From positions 2,230 through 66,229 of the forward strand of contig CALUQN010000010.1 in the NCBI GenBank assembly GCA_944322945.1: a DNA stretch of 64,000 bases. The letters run 5' to 3'. The position numbers and the translations under genes are program-made. Positions 25,238-33,688 of this stretch are shown piece after piece. The stretch is from Candidatus Gastranaerophilales bacterium. GTDB taxonomy: Bacteria > Cyanobacteriota > Vampirovibrionia > Gastranaerophilales > Gastranaerophilaceae. How positions within the stretch are numbered: the first letter of the stretch is position 1; each line of letters begins with the position of its first letter. A model generated the notes under the pieces. The model searched no databases. It had not been told where the DNA came from and saw nothing but the letters and a program-made list of their open reading frames with translations.

Positions 25238-26785
25238 CTATAATGTAACTTTTTGTAACGACAAGAGCCGCTTGTTTTCCTCAATTAAAAACTCTTTGCC
25301 GGGTTTTATTTCAATAAAATCCCATGGGAGCGCTGCGTCAAATTCATAGTTGCTTAAAGCAAAAAAGTCTGCGTCTATGGTGTCCTTGGCACAAGATTTG
25401 AACGCCCCGATTTTGCCGCCTTTTTGGTAAACATCAATCAAAAAATCCGTGAGACTCTCGTCTCCGCGGGAGAGTACTGCCTGCCAATAATCCCATTTAA
25501 TGCTTGAAAAGTGTGCAGTAATACCAAGTTTGTGAAATTCTTTTTTCAGAAAGTTAACTTTATTTTCCAGACTTTTTGTTTGCTCTCTTCCGCACCACTG
25601 AAACGGGGTGTTTGCTTTTGGTACAAAACTGGAAAATCCAAATGATATATCAAACCCTTTATTCTCTTCCTTTAGTCGTTTGGCAAGCCGTAAAAGTTCT
25701 TCCAAGTCTTCATCGCATTCTGTCGGCAGCCCCAGCATACCATAGAATTTGACTCCTTTCAGCCCGTTTTCTCTACAAATTTTAACAGCTTCAAAAATTT
25801 GTTCTTCTGTTACATTTTTGTTTATAACCTTGCGCAGACGTTCACTGCCTGCTTCTATTGCAAGAGTTGTATTTTTTTGTCCTGCTGTTACAAGTGTTTT
25901 TATTATATCCGGCTTTACCGCGTCAATTCTAAGGGAAGAGAGGCTCATCTCAATTTTTTCACCGTTTTGTATTTTTTTGTAAATATATTCGCATATATCT
26001 CCAAAGTGAGGATGCGCACTGATTTGAGCGCCTAAAAGTGCTATTTTATTTGTTTTTGACAGTCCCAGTTCTATTACCTTAATAAGTTCGTCATAGGGCA
26101 TAAATCTGAGCGGCAGGTTTAAATAAGAAGCAAGGCAGAAACCGCAGCGGTTTGCGCAGCCTCTTGCAACTTCCACTATAAATGTGTTCTTGAAAAATGC
26201 GTCTTCGCTCAATATCGGAGTATATATACATTCTGTGAGCTTTTTTGTAAGTTTTTTTACTGACTTTTGCGGCTTGGAAGGTACATATATCCCGTCGACT
26301 TTTGAGAGCATTTCAAGAATTTCATTACGTGATTTATCTTTATTATCCTTACAAATTCTTGCTGCTTCAAGGTTTACGTCTTCTCCGTCCCCAATAACGA
26401 TAAAGTCAAAAAAGTTTTTGTACGGTTCAGGGTTTGCGCTCACTACAGGACCTCCGGCAAATATCAGCGGGCAATCCTCTTCTCTTTCGGTTGATTTCAG
26501 CGGAATTTTATATTTGTCAAGCATTGAAAATATCGTCAGAAAATCCATATCAAACGAAAAAGAAAATCCGATTACATCAACATCTTTGAATGAGTGCATT
26601 GTGTTTTTGGTGTCTGAAAATATCATTTCCGCATTGATATCACACATTTCATCAATTCCTTTGAATACCCACAAGAAACCGAGTGATGAAAGTGCAAAAG
26701 ATTTCGGACCCGGAAATGCCATCCACAAGGTGAAGTCAGCATTTTTGTCAGTTATTGGATTGTATAGATAGATATCTTTAGTCAT
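25238..26785 (-). CDS. B12-binding-domain radical SAM protein
   Basis: CANRCGFCLASY CxxxCxxC motif. N-terminal Rossmann-like B12-binding-type region (VIGFSFSF...FAGGP...VIGDGE). Confidence 0.85.
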   Translation of the reverse strand: MTKDIYLYNPITDKNADFTLWMAFPGPKSFALSSLGFLWVFKGIDEMCDINAEMIFSDTKNTMHSFKDVDVIGFSFSFDMDFLTIFSMLDKYKIPLKSTEREEDCPLIFAGGPVVSANPEPYKNFFDFIVIGDGEDVNLEAARICKDNKDKSRNEILEMLSKVDGIYVPSKPQKSVKKLTKKLTECIYTPILSEDAFFKNTFIVEVARGCANRCGFCLASYLNLPLRFMPYDELIKVIELGLSKTNKIALLGAQISAHPHFGDICEYIYKKIQNGEKIEMSLSSLRIDAVKPDIIKTLVTAGQKNTTLAIEAGSERLRKVINKNVTEEQIFEAVKICRENGLKGVKFYGMLGLPTECDEDLEELLRLAKRLKEENKGFDISFGFSSFVPKANTPFQWCGREQTKSLENKVNFLKKEFHKLGITAHFSSIKWDYWQAVLSRGDESLTDFLIDVYQKGGKIGAFKSCAKDTIDADFFALSNYEFDAALPWDFIEIKPGKEFLIEENKRLLSLQKVTL

Positions 26786-26789
26786 ATAA

Positions 26790-27818
26790 TTACTCGTTAT
26801 TGCTGTTTATTGGCAGAATGTACAGTTCATCAATCAGCACGCAGACAGTTGCAGCAAGCGCCGGAGCTAATATTACCCCCCACAATCCAAGAAACTGCTG
26901 CCCGACAAACAGAGCAAAAAACATCGTCAGCGGATGAAGTTTCATAAATTTGCCAAACAAAAACGGTCTTACTATATAGTTTGACAGCTGCTGCACAACA
27001 AGGAACAAAATAACTGCAATGATTACTTTTGTCATTCCAAGTTGATATGCAACAAGAACAATTACCGCAAGCGCGATTGCAGGTCCTAAAATTGGGATTA
27101 TATCAAGTATTCCGGAAATCAATCCTAAGAGTATTGCATAATCTATCCGCATCAGCCACAAATATATTGTAACCATTATGCCTATTGCAAGCATTGATAT
27201 AATCTGTGCTCTGATGTAGCTGCCGACTTTCAAGCTTATAGATTTTAATATTGTAAGTGCTTTTGCTTTTAACTCCTGCGGAAAAAGTTCTACAAACTTA
27301 TCCTTGAGGTAATTTTTGTCTACCAGCAGATAAAATACTATCATTGTAATTGCTAATGCCAGTACAAAAAATTCCCCCAGAGCCATTGTGAAATTCCACG
27401 ACTGGTTAAATATATTCTGCGCGATATCCGTTGTTTTGTTGAGCTGTAATCCTTTATCAAAGATATCCTGTATGCTCAGTCCGAAAATATCAAGATTAAT
27501 CAAGTAATTTGTAAGCAACTCTATTTTTGCCGGGAGCATTTTTGTGAAGGTTTTTATTTCTTTAAAGGCAATTAAAAATATAGGCAAAAATACAGCAATA
27601 ACGCCGGCACAGCTGGCTGTAAGCACAAGTGATGAGGCAACTGCTCTGTTCATTTTTCTTTTTTGCAGCTTTTCAACATACGGATTTAATGCGCATGCAA
27701 TTACGTATGATGCAAAAAATAACAATAATATCCCTGCAATTTTCGGGATTATAAACAGTAGTGCAATTATCGAAACTAAAAATAAAATATTTTTTACTGT
27801 GAAAAATGACTTGAACAT
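26790..27818 (-). CDS. AI-2E family (PerM/UPF0118) transporter
   Basis: Polytopic membrane protein with ILDIIPILGPAIA. ATG 27818 with GGGAG upstream. Confidence 0.85.
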   Translation of the reverse strand: MFKSFFTVKNILFLVSIIALLFIIPKIAGILLLFFASYVIACALNPYVEKLQKRKMNRAVASSLVLTASCAGVIAVFLPIFLIAFKEIKTFTKMLPAKIELLTNYLINLDIFGLSIQDIFDKGLQLNKTTDIAQNIFNQSWNFTMALGEFFVLALAITMIVFYLLVDKNYLKDKFVELFPQELKAKALTILKSISLKVGSYIRAQIISMLAIGIMVTIYLWLMRIDYAILLGLISGILDIIPILGPAIALAVIVLVAYQLGMTKVIIAVILFLVVQQLSNYIVRPFLFGKFMKLHPLTMFFALFVGQQFLGLWGVILAPALAATVCVLIDELYILPINSNNE

Positions 27819-27923
27819 ACTGATATCTCCCTCAGGTATTATTACTAAATTAGTATATATCAAAAAAAATTCATGAGCAATTGTATAATTGGCTACCAGC
27901 TGGCTGCTGTCTGCTTTAAGCTA

Positions 27924-27941
27924 ATTGTAACAAATTGTAAA
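27924..27941 (-). promoter_or_regulatory. perfect HLR1 (RpaB-type) direct repeat
   Basis: Minus strand reads TTTACAAT-TT-GTTACAAT. The site ends 8 nt before a plus-strand TATAAT (27950..27955). Confidence 0.6.
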
Positions 27942-28017
27942 CAATTCATTATAATATAGCAATTTATTTATTGATATATACTTTATATATTTACGAGGAC
28001 AATTATAAGGACACATC

Positions 28018-28602
28018 ATGGGTTTCTTCACAGGCGCATACCTTAAAATAATGACCGGAAAGATGAAGCGGCAGCTTCAGAACCGACTCGTGCAAGTGAC
28101 TATGCAGATGAACCGTGTTACCAGACAGATAGGTGACATGGAAAAACAGCTGCAACAACAAGAAAACTCCATGAAAAACGCAGTCAGATACAATACCAGC
28201 ATATTCATGGTTCAACAAATGAATAAAATGGGTATGGGCTCCGGATTAGAAGCAATATTCGGTTCTGCTGTAGGTCAGGCTGACGCAGACGCAGCCGCAA
28301 AAATGAAGTCAATGAGCGATGCAGAACGTATGCAATATCAACAGATGGCATACCAGCAAGCTCAATCAATGGCGCAACAGCAATCAGCAATGAACCAGGA
28401 ATACATAACACAGATGATGGATATGTACAGAGAGGCTCAACTCGAACCGTTGAAGAATATGGAAGACAGTTTGGCAACAGAAAAGGCAACGTTGGAAACA
28501 AGAATTCAAACACTCACCGACCAGGAAAAAGCCGCACAAGAAATGGAAAAACAAGGTGCGAAAGATATGGCACCGGATTACACCGGACAGGGCCAAGGCT
28601 AG
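28018..28602 (+). CDS. Met/Gln-rich coiled-coil protein
   Basis: 194 aa with about 23 Met and more than 30 Gln by my count. No TM helix or signal peptide. Strong terminator downstream. Confidence 0.6.
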   Translation: MGFFTGAYLKIMTGKMKRQLQNRLVQVTMQMNRVTRQIGDMEKQLQQQENSMKNAVRYNTSIFMVQQMNKMGMGSGLEAIFGSAVGQADADAAAKMKSMSDAERMQYQQMAYQQAQSMAQQQSAMNQEYITQMMDMYREAQLEPLKNMEDSLATEKATLETRIQTLTDQEKAAQEMEKQGAKDMAPDYTGQGQG

Positions 28603-28626
28603 TTATAAAAGATTATATAAACAAGG

Positions 28627-28658
28627 AAAACCGCTCACCACCGAGCGGTTTTCTTTTT
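28627..28658 (+). terminator. rho-independent terminator
   Basis: AAAACCGCTC-ACCACC-GAGCGGTTTT followed by CTTTTT. Confidence 0.8.
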
Positions 28659-28660
28659 AA

Positions 28661-28752
28661 ACTTATGTAGCAAATTCCAAAGATGCTGTAAAAAGTCCGT
28701 CATTCTGAGGGCATTAGCCCGAAGAAGCTTTCGTTATTTAGATACTTTGTTT
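28661..28752. repeat. MITE-like element, partial copy B
   Basis: ACTTATGTAGCAAATTCC...CCGTCATTCTGAGGGCATTAGCCCGAAGAAGC...TTATTTAGATACTT matches the left half of the copies at 61187 and 62306. Confidence 0.5.
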
Positions 28753-28754
28753 CA

Positions 28755-29726
28755 TTATTTAGAATAAATGGTTAATTTAAGCGAATTTATTGTTTCAATA
28801 ATGCGGTCGTAATTCTCTTCCAGTACAAGAATCCCGCGGATTTTTGCGGCATTTTTTACACCTGCTATGTAATACGGGTAAAATTTTCTGACAAATTTAA
28901 TCCCGAGACTTTCGCCGCGAAGTTTTATTTCCATATCAAGGTGTTCTTTTAGTATATCCAATTTTTCTTCCAGTGTGGGTGCAGGCAGTTTTTCGCCGGT
29001 TTGCAGATAATGTTCTATTCTGTGTATCAGTGTCGGGTCGCCGATTATCCCTCTGCCTACTGCTACACCGTCTGCTCCTGATTGTTCAAGTGCTTCTATC
29101 GCAGTATCTACTGACACTATATCACCGTTTGCAAAAACAGGAATATCAACATTTTCTTTTAGTTGACGAATTTTAGCCCAATCAGCTTTGCCGGAATACA
29201 TTTGAGAACGTGTTCTGGCGTGGATAGTGATAAAATCAGCGCCTGCTGCCTGCATTTGTTCTCCGAATTCCACGTAATTCATCTCATCAGATGTAAATCC
29301 AAGTCTGAATTTGACACTAACAGGTTTATCTATACCGTCTTTTATTGCTTTTACCAAATCGGCTGCGAGTTTTGGGGTTCTCATTAACGAACAGCCGTCT
29401 TGTCCGCCGACAACCTTTTTAACCGGACAGCCCATGTTTATATCTATCATATCTGCTTTTGTGCTCAAATAAACTGCAGCTTTTTGCATTAAGTCAGGTT
29501 TATGTCCGCTCAGCTGGTAGGAAATCGGGTGCTGTGTATTGTCTGTCATTGTTATATCTGTTTCACGTGATTGGTTAAGAGCTTCCGAGCTTATCATTTC
29601 GGTTGTCAGCAGGGCAGTTTTGGAATATTTTCTGACAAGCCCCCGCAGAACATAATCGGTTATGCCTGCCATTGGCGCAAGCGAAACCCTGCTTTGTATA
29701 AGTGGTGAAACTTTATTATTTTGCAT
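28755..29726 (-). CDS. tRNA-dihydrouridine synthase
   Basis: LAPMAGITDYVLR...MGCPVKKV...HARTR Dus family motifs. Confidence 0.9.
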   Translation of the reverse strand: MQNNKVSPLIQSRVSLAPMAGITDYVLRGLVRKYSKTALLTTEMISSEALNQSRETDITMTDNTQHPISYQLSGHKPDLMQKAAVYLSTKADMIDINMGCPVKKVVGGQDGCSLMRTPKLAADLVKAIKDGIDKPVSVKFRLGFTSDEMNYVEFGEQMQAAGADFITIHARTRSQMYSGKADWAKIRQLKENVDIPVFANGDIVSVDTAIEALEQSGADGVAVGRGIIGDPTLIHRIEHYLQTGEKLPAPTLEEKLDILKEHLDMEIKLRGESLGIKFVRKFYPYYIAGVKNAAKIRGILVLEENYDRIIETINSLKLTIYSK

Positions 29727-31827
29727 AATCCTTTAATTCTTCGGCTCTATTCTTTGCGTATGTCTTGTATTCATCTTCCGCCGCGTCTGATGATGCGTAT
29801 GCCAGATAATACTGATAGGCATATTTGTACTGTTCCATTGTATCATAGTCAACAGCTATCATGTAATTTACTATCTGCATGGTGGAATCCGCCGAGATTG
29901 CTTTTTTGTAATAGTTTATGGCAGTGTTTTTGTCATTTTCAGCATCGCAAATCATACCAAGATAATAGTATGCGTAAGCATTTTTAGGCTCTTTTTTTAC
30001 AAGTTCCGTTAATATATTTTTACTTTCAGAATATTTGCCGCTGTCATAGAGGGATATTGCGTTATTAAGCATCGCGGAATTTTCCTGAGTTTCTATGTTT
30101 GCAAGTAATTCAGAGGCTTTTGTATTATCTTTATTTGATGCAAGCGATTTGTTCAGATAAGATTTTGCATTGTTAATTTCGCCTTTTTCAGCGTAGAGTG
30201 CACCTATATAGTATGCGATATCCGAATCAGCAGGTTTCAGGTCAAGTGCTTTTCTGTAATACAAAATGGCATTGTCCGTGTCATTCAGGTTTTGGTAAGC
30301 TGAAGCTGCACCCAGCATGGAATCAACTGTCGGAGGCTGGATTGCAAGATATTCAGTGATTGCGTTTTTGTAATCCTTGTTGTTGAAGTAATCTGCAGCC
30401 TTTGCAAGTTTTGCGTCAGATGACTGGAGGTTTATTGATGCTACAGCTTTTTTGACCTCATTGTTATCAGGAAATTTTTGCTGAGCTATTTTTAATGTAG
30501 AAAGTGCATTGTCAAATTTGTTTTGTTGACCTTGCGCAATTGCAAGGTTTACGTAAACTTCCGGATTGGATGCGTTCAATTTCAGCACTTCTTTGTAAAG
30601 TGCTATTGAATCGTCAAGCTTGTTTTGTTTGTGCAAATCAAGAGCATAGCTGTATATTATATCTGACGGGTTTGATTTTGACATGTTCTTTTTGACATAA
30701 TCGACAAACTGTTCTGTTGTCATTGCTGTTTTCATAACGTCAAACATTTGGTTTTGTGCATAGGTGTTTGCAGGGTCAAGCGCGAGAACCTTTTTGTATG
30801 AGGCAAGTGCTGCTTTGTCTTCACCGATTGCAGCCTGGCATTGGGCTTTATACAAATTTGCGTTCACATTATCAGGATAAAGAATCAAAATTGAATCATA
30901 CGCAGTGATTGCTGTTCTGTAATCGCCTTTTTGCTGGTAAAGAGTTCCGACATTCAATCTGGTATTGATATTTGATGGGTTTATATATTCGGCTTTCCTG
31001 TAATATGAAAGTGCTTCATCCATTTTGCCCTGTTTTTGCATGATTGCGCCAAGGTTTGAAGTTATGTCCGCGTCGTTCGGATTTTCTTCAAGTTTTTTCT
31101 TGTAAATCCTTTCAAGCGAGTAAAGAACCTCTTTGTTGTCAGTGTTTTTAGAGAGAATATAATTGTATTCTTCAACAGCCGCGTTGTTATCACCGAGTTT
31201 GTCAAGAATTTTGGCATAATTCAGCCGCAGCGCAATATTTGTCGGGTCTACCGTAACCGCTTTTTTATAAAATTCAGCGGCTTTCGGGTCGTTTCCGAGA
31301 AGCTTCATAATATCGCCGGTTTGTTCAAACGCGTCTTTGATATAGCTTTTATCACTCAATGTCTGGTTAAATTCGTAGCCCGCAGCCGCAAAATTCCCTT
31401 CTGCACGCAGCTGCTTGGCTTTTTCAAATCTGGATTTAGGACTCAGGTCAAATCCGGATTTAGAGAGACAGATGTTGAGGTTTTTAGTTGTCTGCGGTAC
31501 GTATGCCGCGGATTTTTGTGCATTGTCGTTTGACGGGTAATAAACCATGTAAAACAATGCGGCACGCAGGTCATCTGCTGCTTTTTCCCAGTCTTTTTCC
31601 TTGTTTGCGTAGTGCGTACTTCTTGCAAGATATGAATTTATAAGCCCTATTCTTGCGGAATTATCAAGGTAATTTATCCTGAGTGCACTTTTAAATTCCG
31701 TAATAGCGCCGGAGTACTGATAATTTGTCAGGTATTGCTGACCAAGGTCATAGTGTTCTTTAAAGCCTGCAAATGCCGGCTGTGATAGGATTGCTGCCAA
31801 GGCTAATATTGTTGCTGCTTTCTTCAT
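29716..31827 (-). CDS. exported tetratricopeptide-repeat protein
   Basis: Signal peptide MKKAATILALAAILSQPAFA followed by many TPR units (A..YY.KAL.L.P). Confidence 0.85.
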   Translation of the reverse strand: MKKAATILALAAILSQPAFAGFKEHYDLGQQYLTNYQYSGAITEFKSALRINYLDNSARIGLINSYLARSTHYANKEKDWEKAADDLRAALFYMVYYPSNDNAQKSAAYVPQTTKNLNICLSKSGFDLSPKSRFEKAKQLRAEGNFAAAGYEFNQTLSDKSYIKDAFEQTGDIMKLLGNDPKAAEFYKKAVTVDPTNIALRLNYAKILDKLGDNNAAVEEYNYILSKNTDNKEVLYSLERIYKKKLEENPNDADITSNLGAIMQKQGKMDEALSYYRKAEYINPSNINTRLNVGTLYQQKGDYRTAITAYDSILILYPDNVNANLYKAQCQAAIGEDKAALASYKKVLALDPANTYAQNQMFDVMKTAMTTEQFVDYVKKNMSKSNPSDIIYSYALDLHKQNKLDDSIALYKEVLKLNASNPEVYVNLAIAQGQQNKFDNALSTLKIAQQKFPDNNEVKKAVASINLQSSDAKLAKAADYFNNKDYKNAITEYLAIQPPTVDSMLGAASAYQNLNDTDNAILYYRKALDLKPADSDIAYYIGALYAEKGEINNAKSYLNKSLASNKDNTKASELLANIETQENSAMLNNAISLYDSGKYSESKNILTELVKKEPKNAYAYYYLGMICDAENDKNTAINYYKKAISADSTMQIVNYMIAVDYDTMEQYKYAYQYYLAYASSDAAEDEYKTYAKNRAEELKDYAK

Positions 31828-31933
31828 ATCCTGTCCCTCTGCTTTTTTCTCTTCTTATTTTAGATTGTTTTGCATGAATTGTACTCCTACATTTTACTAT
31901 ATTTATTATTAATTTAACAGTCCATGTTAAGTT

Positions 31934-31966
31934 TAAAAAAAGATGCCGCTTAAAAAGCGGCATCTT
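31934..31966 (-). terminator. rho-independent terminator
   Basis: AGATGCCGCT-loop-AGCGGCATCT with a T-run on the minus strand. Confidence 0.6.
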
Positions 31967-31998
31967 GTGCAGTGTAAAATCTTACCGGGGGTGTTGAA

Positions 31999-32157
31999 CT
32001 ATTCCAGCTCAACTTTTGAGATAAATGTCATAAAGTCATCAAATAGTGCTTGGATTGGAATTTCCATGTCAACCAGTTGTCCTTCCGGTTTAAAGCTTTC
32101 TTCCAGTAGTGAACTCATCTCTGTCCCAAACAAATTTGATTTTGTTTCTGTCATCAT
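31999..32157 (-). CDS. candidate 52-aa acidic small protein (below the ORF-track cutoff)
   Basis: MMTETKSNLFGTEMSSLLEESFKPEGQLVDMEIPIQALFDDFMTFISKVELE. GGAG lies 8 nt upstream and a terminator lies downstream. Confidence 0.35.
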   Translation of the reverse strand: MMTETKSNLFGTEMSSLLEESFKPEGQLVDMEIPIQALFDDFMTFISKVELE

Positions 32158-32303
32158 TCTTGATACTCCTATTATTTAATTATTCCGTGAGATTATTAAC
32201 AATGTATATATCGTCATATATTTAGAAAAACTTTAATCATGTGTTTTGCCGATTTTCCCGAAATCCCGCTTGGTTCTTTGAATACAAGGAAAAATAATTT
32301 AAG

Positions 32304-32321
32304 TTTACATATTGTTACAAA
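32304..32321 (+). promoter_or_regulatory. perfect HLR1 (RpaB-type) direct repeat
   Basis: TTTACATA-TT-GTTACAAA, 20 nt upstream of a candidate -35. Confidence 0.6.
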
Positions 32322-32341
32322 AAATTATTTTGCTCAATGCT

Positions 32342-32369
32342 TTGTAAAAAAGCTTGTTTGTGCTATGAT
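32342..32369 (+). promoter_or_regulatory. candidate infC promoter
   Basis: TTGTAA-N16-TATGAT with an extended -10 TG (TGCTATGAT). Confidence 0.4.
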
Positions 32370-32455
32370 TTTCACGACAACTAACGTACAAAACTATATA
32401 AGGAGATATTACCATAGCTAACGATAATAACAGATCAGGCAAAGATCAGGCAATA

Positions 32456-32953
32456 ATGAATGAGCGTATTCGCGCTAAAGAAGTAAGATTAATTGATGAA
32501 AACGGTGAAAATAAAGGTGTCATTGAAACCTCTAAAGCATTAAAAATGGCTTACGATGTTGATTTGGACCTGGTTTTAATCAGTCCTAATCAGGAACCGC
32601 CTGTTGCTAAAATCTTAAACTATGGCAAATATAAGTACGAACAAGAGAAAAAAGCTAAAGAAGCCAAGAAAAAACAACATACTGTCGAAGTTAAAGAAGT
32701 TAAAATCAGATACAAAATAGACACGCATGATTATCAGGTAAGGATTAAAAATATCCAAAAATTCATTGCTCAGGGCAATAAAGTGAAAATCATAATCATG
32801 CTTCGCGGTCGTGAAATGCAGCATTCCAATCTTGCTTTTGACCTTGCAGCAAGGTTCATGGAAGATTTGAAAGATGCTCCTCTCATGTTTGAGAAAAAAC
32901 CTCAGCTTGAAGGCCGCAACGTCACATTGTACCTGGCTCCGCAAGGTAATTAA
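32456..32953 (+). CDS. infC: translation initiation factor IF-3
   Basis: NERIRAKEVRLIDENG...VAKILNYGKYKYE canonical IF-3. The true start may be ATT 32408 or ATA 32414, after AGGAG at 32401. Confidence 0.9.
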   Translation: MNERIRAKEVRLIDENGENKGVIETSKALKMAYDVDLDLVLISPNQEPPVAKILNYGKYKYEQEKKAKEAKKKQHTVEVKEVKIRYKIDTHDYQVRIKNIQKFIAQGNKVKIIIMLRGREMQHSNLAFDLAARFMEDLKDAPLMFEKKPQLEGRNVTLYLAPQGN

Positions 32954-32962
32954 TAAAAGTTC

Positions 32963-32990
32963 TTGACTGTGAAATTTTAGCAAATATAAT
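32963..32990 (+). promoter_or_regulatory. strong sigma70-type promoter reading into the tRNA-Phe repeat array
   Basis: TTGACT-N16-TATAAT. Confidence 0.55.
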
Positions 32991-33052
32991 TATATATGTG
33001 GCTTAAATCTGGTCACAGAGTGAAAATTCAATATTTATAAGCTAATAAATTT

Positions 33053-33235
33053 GCCGCAATAGCTCCCAGTGGAGTGAAACGGAACGGAGTTTAAATTATG
33101 TAGAGCTTGCTCTACCAACTCCGGAAACAAGTTAATAAAATATGCCGCAATAGCTCCCCAGTGGAGTGAAACGGAACGGAGTTCAAATTATGTAGAGCTT
33201 GCTCTACCAACTCCGCTGACAAGTTAATAAAATAT
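33053..33235 (+). repeat. two tandem ~91-bp units carrying tRNA-Phe 5' fragments
   Basis: Each unit starts with GCCGCAATAGCTC (tRNA-Phe nt 1-13). Each contains GCTCTACCAACT (reverse complement of the D-arm) and ends with AAGTTAATAAAATAT, in register with the intact tRNA. Confidence 0.8.
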
Positions 33236-33308
33236 GCCGCAATAGCTCAGTTGGTAGAGCAAGGGACTGAAAATCCCTGTGTCCTTGGTTCAATTCCGAG
33301 TTGCGGCA
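33236..33308 (+). tRNA. tRNA-Phe (GAA)
   Basis: 73-nt cloverleaf. Acceptor GCCGCAA/TTGCGGC, anticodon loop CTGAAAA, T-loop TTCAATT. CCA not encoded. Confidence 0.95.
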
Positions 33309-33376
33309 TATTTTTTTATAAAGTTGCTAGGCAGAGTGGCATATTTTTTAAAATCAAAATTCTTACGAATTTTGAA

Positions 33377-33457
33377 GTCCTTGGTTCACTCTCGCAAAAA
33401 ACAGACATTAAGTCAGTTTTTTGCTCGGCAGAGTGAGTTGCGGCATATTTTTTTATA
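33377..33457 (+). repeat. tRNA-Phe 3'-half fragment copy split by a hairpin
   Basis: GTCCTTGGTTCA (T-arm), then an AAAAAACAGAC...GTCAGTTTTTT hairpin, then GAGTTGCGGCATATTTTTTTATA, identical to the tRNA 3' end plus trailer. A shorter copy lies at 33324..33350. Confidence 0.6.
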
Positions 33458-33466
33458 TTTTATATT

Positions 33467-33491
33467 GTCATCCTGAACTTGTTTCAGGATC
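33467..33491. repeat. short palindromic repeat GTCATCCTGAACTTGTTTCAGGATC
   Basis: Perfect CCTGAA...TTCAGG hairpin in a noncoding tract. Confidence 0.4.
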
Positions 33492-33602
33492 TTACAGCCG
33501 TAAAGTCCGGCGTTGGTTTTCAACATTGCAAAATCCTGAACAGCTTGCAAATCTCATTTTTCAAAAAAAACGGATTAGCTACGCTTTCAATATGTGTGCA
33601 AA

Positions 33603-33688
33603 CGTTAGTCATTCTGAGCGTCAGCGAAGAATATCACTAAAAAATATTCTTCATCCATAAATGGTTATCGGGTTCAGAATGACGGTGA
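33603..33688. repeat. core of the GTCATTCTGAG palindromic element (copy E)
   Basis: GTCATTCTGAGCGTCAGCGAAGAATATC...GGGTTCAGAATGAC. Confidence 0.5.

Noticed and set aside
26184-26771. 195-aa plus-strand ORF, and similar long antisense ORFs at 2510..3145, 43127..43570 and 46194..46526.
   Set aside because: All are antisense to genes with clear family motifs or better coding character. Their Ser/Phe/Leu-rich composition is typical of the reverse frame of AT-rich genes.
14456-26785. Linking the Cys-rich peptide to the B12-binding radical SAM gene as one RiPP cluster.
   Set aside because: The genes are about 10 kb apart, separated by unrelated housekeeping genes and terminators. No adjacency evidence supports the link.
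33053-33235. Tandem repeats considered as a possible CRISPR array.
   Set aside because: There are only two units, of ~91 bp, with no unique spacers. They are clearly derived from tRNA-Phe, and no cas genes are present.
33251-33660. Three overlapping 61-79-aa ORFs from the track.
   Set aside because: They run through the tRNA-Phe gene and palindromic repeats, and have no RBS.
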